From positions 32,001-96,000 of the forward strand of contig CAVUPH010000008.1 in the NCBI GenBank assembly GCA_963743305.1: a stretch of 64,000 nucleotides of DNA, read 5' to 3'. Source of the stretch: an uncultured delta proteobacterium (GTDB lineage Bacteria > Desulfobacterota > RBG-13-43-22). Of the stretch, positions 1 to 11,668 are shown one piece after another. The notes under the pieces were generated by a model. The model ran no database searches. It had not been told where the DNA came from and was given only the letters and a program-made list of their open reading frames with translations. Position 1 is the stretch's first letter; each line of letters starts with the position of its first letter. The position numbers and the translations under genes were made by a program.

Positions 1-1310
1 TCAACGTCAACTCCGGCGCCTCCGAGACCTTTACCATCACCCCCAATACGGGCTACCAGATCGCCGGGGTGACGGTGGACGGGATCGCCCAGGGAACCCC
101 GGAAGTTACTCTTTTTCCAACGTGACTGCCGCCCACACGATTCAGGCTACTTTCACGGCCAACCCCACCTATACCCTGACCATTTCCAAGAACGGAACCG
201 GCAGCGGCACCGTGACGCAACGAGATCACCTGCGGCACCGGTGACCAGCCTTTAATGCCGGGACTGTAGTCAGTCTGACCGCAGCGGCCAATGCCAACTC
301 CACCTTCACCGGCTGGACCGGGGCCTGCAGCGGGACCACCAACCCCTGCACGGTCACCATGAACGCCAACGCCAGCGGTGACGGCCGCCTTCGCGATTAA
401 AACCTATGTGATCACCGCCTCGGCCGGGAGCGGCGGTTCCATCTCGCCTTCCGGCGGGATCAACGTCAACTCACGGGGCCGCTCAGACCTTTACCATCAC
501 CCCCAATACGGGCTACCAGATCGCCAGTGTGCTGGTGGACGGGGTTTCCCAGGGAACCCCCGGCAGCTACTCTTTTTCCAACGTGACCGCCGCCCATACG
601 ATTCAGGCTAACTTTCACGGCCGACTCCCTCTTATACCCTGTCCGTTTCCAAAGCGGAAGGGAACCGGCGAGCGGGACGGGGACCAACGCACCCACCGGG
701 ACCGCCTTTAATGCCGGGACCGTGGTCAGCCTGACGGCCGCGGCCAATGCCAACTCCACTTTCACCGGCTGGACCGGGGCCTGCAGCGGAACCACCAACC
801 CCTGCACGGTCACCATGAACGCCAACGCAGCGGTGACCGCCGCTTTCGCCCTTAAAACCTACACCATCACCGCCTCGGCCGGGAGCGGCGGTTCGATCTC
901 GCCCTCCGGCGGGATCAACGTCAACTCCGGCGCCTCCCAGACCTTTACCATCACCCCCAATACGGGCTACCAGATCGCCGGGGTGACGGTGGACGGGGTC
1001 GCCCAGGGAACCCCCGGAAGTTACTCTTTTTCCAACGTGACTGCCGCCCACACGATTCAGGCCACTTTCACGGCCAATCCCACCTATACCCTGACCATTT
1101 CCAAGAACGGAACCGGCAGCGGCACGGTGACCAACGCACCCACCGGGACCGATCCTTTAATGCCGGGACCTCAGTCAGTCTGACCGCCGCGGCCGATGCC
1201 AATTCGACTTTTACCGGCTGGACCGGGGCCTGCAGCGGAACCACCAACCCCTGCACGGTCACGATTAGTGCCAACACCTCCATCCAGGCTACCTTTAATC
1301 TGGAAATAAG
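1..1310 (+). repeat. ~457-bp intragenic direct repeat, about 3 near-identical copies
   Basis: tcaacgtcaactc recurs at 1, 460 and 915. ggctggaccggggcctgcagcgg recurs at ~311, ~767 and ~1216. Confidence 0.9.
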
Positions 1311-3000
1311 CAAACCGACATCCTCGATCAGCAGCCCCACCAGTGGCTCCACTTGGCGACATCCGGCGGTAGCCATAAGCGGAGGGGCTACGGATGGTAG
1401 CGGATCCGGAGTTCAAAAGGTCGAGGTTTCAACCGACGGCGGCGCAACTTGGAAGCCGGCCGACGGAACGATCCTCTGGAATTATTCCTGGACTGCGCCT
1501 GGGAATGGGACCTATGTGATCAAATCCAGGGCCACGGACAACGTGGGCAATGTGGAAAACCCCGGTGTCGGGGTGACGGTAACCGTGACATCCTACCAGC
1601 CCACACCCGTCAACGTAAGCGGAAAACAACTCCTGGTCAACGGCGCTCCTTTTACGGTCAAAGGGGTGGTTTATTCCCCGGTACCCATTGGCGAAGACCC
1701 TAATGCTGCTCCTTACGGGGATTACTTTACGGCACCCTATAGTGCTATTTATAATCGAGACCTGCCGGTCCTGAAAGCCATGGGGGCCAATGTCGTCCGT
1801 CTCTACAACTGGGAAAAATCGGCCGACCATTTCGACTTTCTTGACCAGGCTTACAACGACGGATCGGACCCGATTTATGTCATTGCGGGTTACTGGATCA
1901 ACGATGGTATGGACATCGATCCGGCTTCACCGGCCAATGTTCGGGACCAGATCAAAGCCGATTTTCAGGAAATGGTGGCCGCCCATAAAGACCACCCGGC
2001 AATCTTGATGTGGTCGGTGGGTCAAAATTTGAACCTCCCCCAGGCTTACGGAAATAGCCTTCCCCAGCTTTTCAGCCTGATCAACGAACTGGCGGAAGTG
2101 GCCCATCTGGAAGAAGGGACTAAGGCCCATCCGGTAACCACGGCTTTGGCCGATCAAAACCTGGCTGCCACCCTGGCCGGTTTTGAGGAGGCCGTTCCAG
2201 CCCTGGATATCTGGGGAGCCAACGTCTATCGGGGCAATTCTTTCGGGACCTTGTTCGCCGACAGTAGTCCGGCAACTACTAAGCCGGTCCTGATCCTGGA
2301 ATACGGGATCGATGCCTTTGATAACACTCGGGGCAATGAATATGAAAAGTCAGGAAAAACGACACAGGCGGATATTACCGAAGGATTGTGGAAAGAAATA
2401 GCCGCCAATAGCCAAACCTGCGTCGGGGGAACGATCATGTCCTACTCGGACGAATGGTGGAAAGGGCGTTACAGTGAGGATACCTCCTGCCCGGCGGACC
2501 CGGACCCGGCCCTGCACGGCCGCTGCGGCTTTGCCACTACCACCCAACCCGATGGCTATGCCAATGAAGAATGGTGGGGCATCGTTCGGGTCTTGGATAA
2601 TGGGACCGGCCCCGACACGGTAGAGCCTCGATCGGTCTATTCCCGGCTCCAATATTTGTGGGGTGCCAATACCTTGGCCCTGACCTCACCCAATGGAGGA
2701 GAAACCTGGCAGGCTGGCAAACCGCAGACCATCGATTGGAATTATGCCGGCAACCCGAGCACTTCCGTGAAAATTGACTTGCTGAAAAATGGATCGGTAA
2801 TTAGAAACATCGCCCGATCGGCTAAAATAGGCGCCAATGGCAGCGGTTCCTACACCTGGACCCCGCCCTTGAAGCTGAAACCCGGTTCGGATTATCAAAT
2901 TCGGATAACCAGCATCAGTAATAATGGGATCAACGACACCAGCGACGCCAATTTTAATATCAATTCCTATCACTTCGTGACAAGACTGGAAAAGAGATAG
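1..3000 (+). CDS. Large surface/secreted protein, 5'-truncated: tandem InlB-B/Flg_new-like repeats, Ig-like domain, clan GH-A (GH2-like) TIM barrel, C-terminal Ser/Thr-rich Ig-like domain; several indels in the repeat part
   Basis: Repeated motifs ITASAGSGGSISPSG and FTGWTGACSGTTNPCTVT in ORFs 378, 529 and 722. The frame from ~1157 runs into ORF 1516-3000 (VEVSTDGGATW...SRATDNVGN; KGVVYSPVPIG, MGANVVRLY, HPAILMWSVG, ILEYG; LTSPNGGETW). Confidence 0.8.
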
Positions 3001-3071
3001 TTAGCTGGCAGTGTGCCGGGCGGACCCCCGGCTCTTGAAGGCCCCCGGCAACACACTGCCGGGGGCCTTGA

Positions 3072-4127
3072 TTGATAGTACTTATCAACCTTCTTATGCT
3101 CGACAAACTTTCCAGCAGGTCTCTATTCAGAATTTCCAGCGGATGGTGGGCGGTAATCTTTTGGGGGCTCGCCTCGCTGTCGGGAGTGATATCCGGGAGG
3201 GCTGAGGAAAAAATATTCCTGCCGGCCATCATTCGAGCCGGCAGCGGCCCTGTCCTGAGTGGATGTCCGGTTTTTCCGGCCGATCATATTTGGAACACTC
3301 CCATCGATCATTTGCCGACGGATCCTCTTTCCCGCCAGTTCGTTAGCACCATCGGCTTAACCAAGGGGGCGCATGCCGATTTTGGATCCGGGACCTGGGA
3401 AGGAGGGCCGATTGGAATCCCCTTCATCGTCGTACCGGGAAGCCAGAGCAAGGTAGCGGTTACCTTTGATTACCAGGAGGAAAGTGACCCGGGGCCCTAC
3501 CCCATTCCGCTGAATCCACCCATCGAGGGAGGGGCCGCCAGCGAAGGTGACCGCCACCTGTTAATTCTGGATCGCGATCACTGCCGTTTGTACGAACTCT
3601 ATAACGCCTGGCCTCAGCCTGACGGATCCTGGCAGGCCGGATCCGGCGCCCAATTCGATCTGAATTCCTATGATCTACGGCCGGAAACCTGGACTTCGGC
3701 CGATGCCGCCGGGTTGCCGATCCTGCCGGGTCTGGTCCGCTATGAAGAAGTGTCTGCCGGAGAAATCCGCCATGCCCTCCGTTTTACGGCGCCGGCTACT
3801 CGGAGGGAATATATTTGGCCCGCCCGACATTACGCCTCTTGGCACACGGAACCCCAGTATCCTCCCCTGGGCCAGCGTTTTCGTCTCAAGGCCGATTTTG
3901 ATCTCTCCGGCTTTTCACCCGAGGTGCAGGTGATTCTGCGCGCCCTGAAGAAATTTGGAATGATCCTGGCCGACAATGGCTCTTCCTGGTATATTAGCGG
4001 GGCCCCGGATGAACGCTGGGACAACGATCATCTGCATGAATTACAACAAGTCCCGGGTTCGGCTTTCGAGGCGGTCACTGTCTCATCCCTGATCATGGAC
4101 CCCCAATCCGGTCAAACCAAGAAATAA
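3072..4127 (+). CDS. Conserved exported hypothetical protein
   Basis: 351-aa ORF with a hydrophobic N-terminus and motifs GCPVFPADHIWNTPI, GDRHLLILD, SADAAGLPILPGL, GMILADNG. Confidence 0.75.
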   Translation: MIVLINLLMLDKLSSRSLFRISSGWWAVIFWGLASLSGVISGRAEEKIFLPAIIRAGSGPVLSGCPVFPADHIWNTPIDHLPTDPLSRQFVSTIGLTKGAHADFGSGTWEGGPIGIPFIVVPGSQSKVAVTFDYQEESDPGPYPIPLNPPIEGGAASEGDRHLLILDRDHCRLYELYNAWPQPDGSWQAGSGAQFDLNSYDLRPETWTSADAAGLPILPGLVRYEEVSAGEIRHALRFTAPATRREYIWPARHYASWHTEPQYPPLGQRFRLKADFDLSGFSPEVQVILRALKKFGMILADNGSSWYISGAPDERWDNDHLHELQQVPGSAFEAVTVSSLIMDPQSGQTKK

Positions 4128-4360
4128 GTCTCTTTTCCCCCTCTCTTGACGGTTCCTGACGAGTCACTTTACTTGCCCATAAAATGGGAAGGTCTGGTTT
4201 CAGCTCATCCCGATTATCCGGCCTGACAGTTCTTCTTTCCGGACACCCCTTGACTATTCGCCTACCGGATGCGTTAACCTGATTGAATAAGCGGTAAATC
4301 TCAACAAACGGTCAAGCTGGCTGAGGCTCTTTTCCGCTGTTCACCGCTAAACTCGAACCC

Positions 4361-5810
4361 ATGCGACTAAATATCCTGACACGTCTGATCGCCGGATACT
4401 TGATCATCCTGCTGGGGTCCAGCTTGATCAGCGGATATGTTATTTTTGCGCTGCGGGATTTCAGCGTTGAAACCAATGAGATCCTGATCCAGGAAAACCG
4501 AATCCAGGAATACACCCGGAAGATGACCGACGCCTTGTTGTCCCAAAGCCGCTATGAAAAAAAATATTCTATTCTTAAGGACCCGGCGATATATAATCAA
4601 TATCTTCAGGCCCAGGAGGATTTTCGACAGCAATTAGCGGAAGTCCGGACCATACCGGGAGGGGAACGGGAAAAGGGCTTATTAGCCCGGATCGCCCAGG
4701 GTGAGCAGGTTTATAGCGCCTGGATAGCGGAGACCTTGACCACTACCCGCTTAAAAAAACGGGTGCTCGGGAAAGAACAGGATCAGGCGAAAGAGGAAGT
4801 GCTCAACACCGTGATCAACCAGTTGGAAGAGTTAAGGATCTCGGCCCAGCAAAACAACCTGGCCAGGATACGGAAATTGGGAGATGCCCAGGAGACTTCT
4901 CTGCGCATTATTATTTTTCATCGGGGGGGTGACTCTGGGCCTGATTATCGTTATGTCCGTTTTCATTACCCGCAGCATTACCCGACCGATTGCCCTCCTG
5001 GTGGAAAAAACCAAAGAGATGGCCGCAGGGGACTACCAGGGGGACTTAAGGATCCAGTCTCCCCCGGAAGTAGCCAGGCTCACCCGGGCCTTTAATGCCA
5101 TGTGTGCGCAATTGAATAAGATCGATAAAATGAAATCCGATTTTTTTTCCGTCATGTCCCACGAATTAAGAACCCCCTTGACCTCGATCCGGGAAGGGAC
5201 CAGCCTCCTGCTGGAAGGGGTGGGGGGCACCCTTAACGAAAAACAGCAGAAACTCATGGGAATCGTCTCCGAGGAGAGCAACCGTTTGATTGAGCTGGTG
5301 AATTCCCTTTTGGACCTCTCCAAGATGGAAGCCGGGATGATGCATTTCCACTTCTCCCGGATCAATCCCCTCCCCTTGTTTACCATTGCCGCGCAACTGC
5401 TGGAGCCCCTGCTGGTCAATAAAAAAATCGCCCTCCGGCTGGACCTTCCCGAGTCGTTGCCGGCCGTCCCGCTGGATAATGACCGGCTATTACAGGTACT
5501 GAAAAATCTGCTGGGTAACGCCATAAAATATACACCCGAAGGCGGGACCATCACGGTCGCCGCCGGGGTCCGATCGGGGGTTATCCAGGTATCGGTCAAG
5601 GACAATGGACCGGGCATCTCCGAGGACCAGTTGCAGTTTATTTTTGAGAAATTTCGGCAAGTCCCCACACCGGGGGCGCCGCTGGTAAAAGGGACCGGAC
5701 TGGGGTTGGCGATCGTCAAAAAAATTATTACCGCGCATGGAGGAAAAGTGTGGGCCGAAAGCAAACCGGGAAGCGGAAGTACCTTCTATTTTACGTTGCC
5801 CTTATCGTAA
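4361..5810 (+). CDS. HAMP-domain sensor histidine kinase (GlrK/QseE-like); frameshift near 4915
   Basis: ORF 4361 has TM and periplasmic parts. ORF 4884 has TM, HAMP, SHELRTPLT, NAIKY, DNGPGI and GTGLGL. Confidence 0.9.
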
Positions 5811-6583
5811 CCCTATTTTTTTCCGGCTGCACCTTTTTCCAGGAGATCAGGGAAGGGGAACAGGTTCAGGATAAAATGGTCCAGGGGCAAAAATTCCGCG
5901 GCGAAGGGGAATTCGACCGGTCCTTCCGAGTCTTTCAGGAAATCCTGTCGGCCTACCCTCAGAAACCTCCGGGGGACCAGGCCTTGAGAGAACTGGCCCT
6001 CACTTTAAGCCACCCGGGAAATCCCCGAAAAAATTTCCCGGAAGCCCTGTCCTTCTGGTGGAAACTTCAGAAGGATTTCCCCCAGAGTCCCTATGCCGAG
6101 GAAGCCCGGGCCTGGATCGGGTTAAATACGGCTTATGCGGATGCGCTGCAAAAGGGAGAAAAAACCAAGAGCCAGCTTCAGCAGGCTAGATCCCAGATGG
6201 AGACCTGCAAGACGCAACTGGAAGAGGTCAAGTCGGATCCCCGGTGGTTAATGACCGATTTATTGGCCCGTAATCAGAAGCTTTGGGCTCAAAATGAATT
6301 TGACCGGGCACTGGAGGAAAATCAGGCTGTTCTGACCAAGTACGGGCACAAACCTCCAGCCGATGAAGCCCTCTATGCCCTGGGTTTCATCTATGCCCAG
6401 GCCAATTATCCCAAGAAGGATTACCATAAGGCCATCTTTTATTTCAAGAAACTGCTCAAGGAATTCCCCCAGAGCCTGCGGGTCGAAGAGGCCCGGGCCT
6501 GGGTGCAGATCATGGAGCTTTGGGAGCGGTCCAAACAAATCGACTTGGAGATTGAAAAGAAACGGAAGCAATTCGGAAAGTAG
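5750..6583 (+). CDS. TPR/BamD-like lipoprotein (QseG/YfhG position between kinase and regulator)
   Basis: Lipobox FFSGC and two repeats ending FPQS..EEARAW. Synteny matches glrK-qseG-glrR. Confidence 0.7.
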   Translation: MGRKQTGKRKYLLFYVALIVTLFFSGCTFFQEIREGEQVQDKMVQGQKFRGEGEFDRSFRVFQEILSAYPQKPPGDQALRELALTLSHPGNPRKNFPEALSFWWKLQKDFPQSPYAEEARAWIGLNTAYADALQKGEKTKSQLQQARSQMETCKTQLEEVKSDPRWLMTDLLARNQKLWAQNEFDRALEENQAVLTKYGHKPPADEALYALGFIYAQANYPKKDYHKAIFYFKKLLKEFPQSLRVEEARAWVQIMELWERSKQIDLEIEKKRKQFGK

Positions 6584-6592
6584 GAAAAGCGA

Positions 6593-7983
6593 ATGTCTTT
6601 GGGAAAAATATTGGTCGTGGATGATGATAAAAATCTGCTGGAACTCCTCCGGATGCGGTTGGAGGCGGCGGATTATCAGGTTTCCACCTCCTTGACTGAA
6701 GAAGGGGCCGAGGAGCTGGTCCGGGAAGAGATCTTCGACCTGGCGGTGATTGACCTGCAGCTTCAAAAGATGGACGGCATCGCGCTCATGAGGCAGCTTC
6801 ATTTGATTCACCCGGATCTGTCCGTGATCATTCTCACCGCCTTCGGGAGCATCGAGACCGCCGTTGAAGCCGTTAAAAGCGGGGCCTTCACCTATCTCAC
6901 CAAGCCTTTTGACCCCCGGGCCCTTTTGATCGACATTGAAAAGGCCCTGGAAAACAAAAAACTGACCCAGGAAATCAAACGCCTGAAAGGGATGCTCTCG
7001 GAGCGTTTTGACATACCCAATATCATTGCCAAGAGTGAAAAAATGCGGGAAATCATCACCATGGTTTCCCGGGCCGCGGAGACCGATTCCACGGTCTATA
7101 TCCAGGGGGAAAGCGGGACGGGCAAGGAGATCATCGCCAAGGCCATTCATCTGGCCAGCGCCCGGAAAGACCAGCCCTTTGTGGCCCTCAATTGCGCGGC
7201 CATCCCGGTAACGCTACTGGAGAGCGAGCTGTTCGGTTATGAAAAAGGGGCCTTTACCGGAGCGATTCGCACGATGAAAGGCCAGTTGGCCCAGGCGGAT
7301 AAAGGGACTTTCTTCCTGGACGAGATCGGGGATATGCCTTTGTCCATCCAGGCCAAACTGCTGCGGGTGCTGCAGGAGCGGCAATTCTATCCCTTAGGAG
7401 GAAAGAAATCGATCTCGGTCGACATTCGGGTGGTGGTGGCCACCAACAAAAATCTGGAAGAGGAAATGCAAAAGGGGAACTTCCGGGAAGATTTATTCTA
7501 CCGGATTTACGTTATTCCTATCATCATACCGCCCTTGAGGGAGCGCAAGGAGGATATCCCGGCTCTGGTCGATTTTTTTCTAAAAAAGCTGGCCCGGCAG
7601 ATGAAGAAAGGGGTCACGGCGGTTGACCCCCATGGCCATGCAAAAATTGATGATCCATGATTGGCCGGGTAATGTCCGGGAATTGGAAAACACTATTGGA
7701 GTTCGCTGTGGCCATGTCCCCTTACGAACTGATCACCGAGGACTTGATCTTACGGGGCCGGGAGGTTCCGGAGGAACCGCTGGTCTCCTTAAAAGAGGCC
7801 CGGGAAGATTTTGAACGCCGTTATATTATCCGCCTTCTGGAAATGACCCAGGGGAACGTCAGCAAGGCCTCGGGTTTGGCCGGTCGTTATCGGGCCGATT
7901 TCTATCACTTATTGAAAAAATACAATCTTGATCCGGATATCTTTAAAAAGGACAAACCGGCCCGAACCCGGGGAGAGGATTAA
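6593..7983 (+). CDS. Sigma54-dependent response regulator (GlrR/NtrC family); indels near 7625-7700
   Basis: REC domain, [28 protein letters not shown] in a shifted frame, and a C-terminal HTH. Confidence 0.92.
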
Positions 7984-9248
7984 AAAAGTCTTAACTGGCG
8001 GTCGACCGGAGGGGATTGGGCTTGGTTTGACCTGGGGTTTTCAGAAAAAAGGTTAACCCGACCATATACCCCGTCGTAACCGGGGACCACACTGACCAAC
8101 CCCTGACGAACCCCGAGGATCCCTTCGACCAGGCGGGAATCCATAAAGGAGGCCAACTCCTCGGCCGATTTATCCAACAGAATTTCCAGTTCCGCGCCTC
8201 CCCGTTCAAGAAGGTTCAGGTATTCTCGGCGAACACGCTTCGATCCCACCCCCAGACCGTATCTTGCGGCGATGATCTCTTCCAGAGGGACCAAATGGAT
8301 GGCCGAAATCGCCCCTGGGGGACGAAAACCGGTCGGCCGATCGGCCAGTTCTTCCACCCGGTGCATTACCCCGATCACGATTTTCTTGCCGCAAACCGGG
8401 CAGCAATCATTGTTTTCCCGACTTTGCCCGGGCGAAAAGCAGACCCGGCAGTTGCGGTGGCCGTCAAAGTGATATTTTCCTTCTTCCGGAAAGAATTCAA
8501 TGGTGGCCGGAAAGCGGGCCGGGTCTTTTTGCTTAATGGCCTCGATGATGGCCGGGTAGGAAAGCTCGGTTTCAAAAATGTTGGCCTCGCGTCCGATTTT
8601 GGCGGGAGAGTGGGCATCGGAATTGGAAATTAAGGTCAGGTTATCCAAAGCCGACCAGCGCCAGTTCATGGCCGGGTCCGAGGACAGGCCGGTTTCAATG
8701 GCGAAGATATGGGCCGTTTCTTCTTCGAAGCATTCCTCCAGGGAACCAAAACCGGACTGGGAACCGAAGACCGAAAACCAGGGGGTCCAGACATGAGCCG
8801 GCACCAGCAGACAGGCGGGTTCGATATCCAGGACCACTTTGACCAGATCCTTGGCCGAAAAACCAAAAATAGGACGGCCGTCGGATTTCACGTTGCCCAA
8901 GGCCCCCAGCCGGAGATTGATCTTTTCAGCGGCGGCCAGCCCCGGGGCAAAAATCATCATGTGGATCCGCCGGCCTTTTCCGCTCTGGGTATAGATATGG
9001 CTGGTTTCGGCGGTCAAGAGAAAAAGTGGGTCGTCGGCTTTTCCACCCCTAAGTCGCAACAGCCCCTCTCCAGTTTCCTCCAACTGGGTCCGAATCTCCT
9101 GAAAATAAGCCGGATGGGTAAAGTCGCCGGTGCCCAGGAGGGACAGTCCCTTTAAACGACCCCAGCGGGCGATCTCCGGCAGGTGCATATCCCGGCTCGT
9201 CGCCCGACTAAAGGCCGAATGAAGATGAAAGTCGGCGATGATTCTCAA
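7980..9248 (-). CDS. Endonuclease Q family (TIGR00375-like PHP-domain protein)
   Basis: ADFHLHS, GTGDFTHP, PAHVWTPWFS, ETGLSSD, NSDAHSP, GKYH and a Cys zinc motif. Confidence 0.88.
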   Translation of the reverse strand: MRIIADFHLHSAFSRATSRDMHLPEIARWGRLKGLSLLGTGDFTHPAYFQEIRTQLEETGEGLLRLRGGKADDPLFLLTAETSHIYTQSGKGRRIHMMIFAPGLAAAEKINLRLGALGNVKSDGRPIFGFSAKDLVKVVLDIEPACLLVPAHVWTPWFSVFGSQSGFGSLEECFEEETAHIFAIETGLSSDPAMNWRWSALDNLTLISNSDAHSPAKIGREANIFETELSYPAIIEAIKQKDPARFPATIEFFPEEGKYHFDGHRNCRVCFSPGQSRENNDCCPVCGKKIVIGVMHRVEELADRPTGFRPPGAISAIHLVPLEEIIAARYGLGVGSKRVRREYLNLLERGGAELEILLDKSAEELASFMDSRLVEGILGVRQGLVSVVPGYDGVYGRVNLFSENPRSNQAQSPPVDRQLRLF

Positions 9249-11035
9249 GGCCAGACCGTATGGATTTTTTTGTCTTTTTCCTGGATCTCGGCCTCCAGGC
9301 GCTGTTTGAAGGCCTTCAGCGCCTCGGCAATTTGGGGATTAAAAAGAGCCAGGATCTGGGCCGCCAGAACGGCTGCGTTTTTGGCCCCGGCGATCCCAAT
9401 GGCCATAGTGGCTACCGGGACCCCGGACGGCATCTGAACCATGGCCAGCAGGGAGTCCAGGCCTTTCAAGGGCGAGGAGTCAATCGGGACCCCGATCACC
9501 GGCAGGGTAGTCTCCGCCGCCAAAACACCGGCCAGGTGCGCGGCAGCCCCGGCCCCGGCGATCAGGACTTTGAACCCCCGATCTTCGGCCCGTCGGGCAA
9601 ACTCCACGGTTTTTTTCGGAGAGCGATGGGCCGAGGAAACCAGCAGTTCAAAGGGAATTTTAAATTGTTTCAGGGTGCGGGCAGCGACTTCCAGGACCGG
9701 CAAATCCGAATCACTGCCCATCATCAACCCCACCAGCGGTTTGGGTTTAAGCCCTTTCTCCTTAAGGTGCTTAGAGGCTTTTTGGCCGATATCGGTCCGA
9801 TAGTAGGCCGTCTTCCACTGGATTTTACCGACCGCCTGATAGGCCTTTTTAATCGCCCGGGGGATGTCTTCCCCCAAGGCGGTTACCCCCAGGACCCGGC
9901 CGCCGTTGGTCACCACGGCCTTATCCTTGAAGGTGGTGCCGGCGTGAAAAACAACCACGTCCTTCAGGCGTTTAGCTGCCTCCAGGCCCTGAATGGTCTG
10001 CCCTTTCTGATAGGTGCCGGGATAACCTTGGGCGGCCATAACCACGCAAACCGACGGGCGGACGTCCCAGACGGCTTTCACCTGATCCAGTTTACCGACC
10101 GTTACCGCTGTCAGGATTTCCACCAGGTCGCTCTTCAGCCGCACTAATAATGGCTGGGCCTCCGGATCGCCGAAACGGACATTGTATTCCAGAACCTTGA
10201 TCTTTCCCTGGTTGATCATCAACCCTGCATAAAGCACCCCTTTATAAGGCCGTCCTTCTTTGGCCATGGCCCGGACCGTGGGGATCATGACCCGATTCAT
10301 GACCTCCTGAAACAGGGCTTCATCCACCACCGGGGCCGGTGAATAGGCCCCCATCCCCCCCGTATTGGGGCCCTGGTCATTGTCGTAAATCGGCTTGTGA
10401 TCCTGGGAGGTAGGCATGGGCAGAACCGTTTTCCCATCGCTGAAGGCCAGAAAGGAGGCCTCCTCGCCGGTCAGATATTCCTCCAAAATGATCTTGTTCC
10501 CGGCGTCTCCGAAGGCTCGGTCCAGCATGATCAACTCGATCGCCGCCTTGGCCTCAGCCAGGGTTTGGCAAACCATGACTCCTTTGCCGGCGGCCAATCC
10601 ATCGGCTTTGACCACAACCGGCGCCCCGAGCTTGTCCAGGTAGGCCATGGCCTGTTTCGGATCGGTGAACGAACGATAGGCCGCCGTGGGGATTTGGTAT
10701 TTGGTCATCAGCCGTTTGGCGAAATCCTTGCTGGCTTCTAGGAGGGCCGCCTTCTTGCTCACGCCAAAGGCCTTCAACCCTTTTTTTTCAAAGGCATCCA
10801 CCAGGCCTAAGGTCAAGGGGGATTCCGGCCCCACTACGGTCAGATCAATCTTCTCCTTGAGGGCCAAGTCCAGGAGGGCGCCGGTATCTTCCCCTTTCAG
10901 GGGCAGGCAAGTGGCCATTTCCGCGATACCGGCGTTACCCGGCGCACAAAATATTTGTTTCACCAGGGGACTCTGAGCGATTTTCCACACCAGGGCATGT
11001 TCCCGTCCTCCGCCGCCGACTACCAGAATCTTCAT
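9245..11035 (-). CDS. purD: Fused phosphoribosylamine-glycine ligase and N5-CAIR mutase (PurD-PurE)
   Basis: GGGGREHAL, KADGLAAGKGV and GPNTGGMGAYSP, then MGSDSD, SAHR, AAHLAG and QMPSGVPVAT, all in one 596-aa frame. Confidence 0.95.
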   Translation of the reverse strand: MKILVVGGGGREHALVWKIAQSPLVKQIFCAPGNAGIAEMATCLPLKGEDTGALLDLALKEKIDLTVVGPESPLTLGLVDAFEKKGLKAFGVSKKAALLEASKDFAKRLMTKYQIPTAAYRSFTDPKQAMAYLDKLGAPVVVKADGLAAGKGVMVCQTLAEAKAAIELIMLDRAFGDAGNKIILEEYLTGEEASFLAFSDGKTVLPMPTSQDHKPIYDNDQGPNTGGMGAYSPAPVVDEALFQEVMNRVMIPTVRAMAKEGRPYKGVLYAGLMINQGKIKVLEYNVRFGDPEAQPLLVRLKSDLVEILTAVTVGKLDQVKAVWDVRPSVCVVMAAQGYPGTYQKGQTIQGLEAAKRLKDVVVFHAGTTFKDKAVVTNGGRVLGVTALGEDIPRAIKKAYQAVGKIQWKTAYYRTDIGQKASKHLKEKGLKPKPLVGLMMGSDSDLPVLEVAARTLKQFKIPFELLVSSAHRSPKKTVEFARRAEDRGFKVLIAGAGAAAHLAGVLAAETTLPVIGVPIDSSPLKGLDSLLAMVQMPSGVPVATMAIGIAGAKNAAVLAAQILALFNPQIAEALKAFKQRLEAEIQEKDKKIHTVWP

Positions 11036-11065
11036 AAATTTCCTCCTCTCAAAAACACCCCGGCC

Positions 11066-11668
11066 TTAATCGGCGTGGGCCAATAGAATTTCCCCTAGTT
11101 CCTGCCAGTTCGCTACCTTGGGGAAAGGATGGGGCTCCTGATTCCAGGGTTGCTCGAAAACGATGGGCAGGATGGCGTGTTGGAATAATAAATGACAGGT
11201 GTCCAAATGATCATCAATGTAATAGGTGAAGCCCAATTCTTGGAGTATTTTAGGTTTCAAGTAGTGCTGCCCGGCGGCGATGACTCGAATGCGGAGGGGA
11301 TCGACGTCCGGCAACTGGCCGAGGACCCAGTCGGTGATGGGTTCCGCCTTATGACGGGCGGTGACAAAAGTCAGAGGATAGCGCTGGCCATAAGCGCTCA
11401 AAACGGGCACCGACTGTTCGAAAGGATTCATTTTCAGGGCATCCGGGTAATCGACAATCTTCTCGATCAACCGGTCGATGATCCCGGCATCCAGGTCCAG
11501 GCAGTCATATAGATAATATCGGGTAATATCTCCATAGTGAATGGAATCTATCTGGTAAAGCTCATTGGCCAGGCGGATAAATAGTTCCATGACATTGCCG
11601 AAAACCCCGTCGATGTCAAAGGCGACCCGGCCGGGTACCCGGGAAAGAGGCCGCGGACGGTTATTCAT
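11066..11668 (-). CDS. HAD-superfamily 5'(3')-nucleotidase-like protein
   Basis: AFDIDGV, VTAR, YIDDH and QPWN. The ATG at 11668 overlaps the purH stop. Confidence 0.8.
   Translation of the reverse strand: MNNRPRPLSRVPGRVAFDIDGVFGNVMELFIRLANELYQIDSIHYGDITRYYLYDCLDLDAGIIDRLIEKIVDYPDALKMNPFEQSVPVLSAYGQRYPLTFVTARHKAEPITDWVLGQLPDVDPLRIRVIAAGQHYLKPKILQELGFTYYIDDHLDTCHLLFQHAILPIVFEQPWNQEPHPFPKVANWQELGEILLAHAD

Noticed and set aside
1-1310. CRISPR array or diversity-generating repeat
   Set aside because: The repeats are ~457-bp coding units without spacers, and no cas or reverse transcriptase gene is present.
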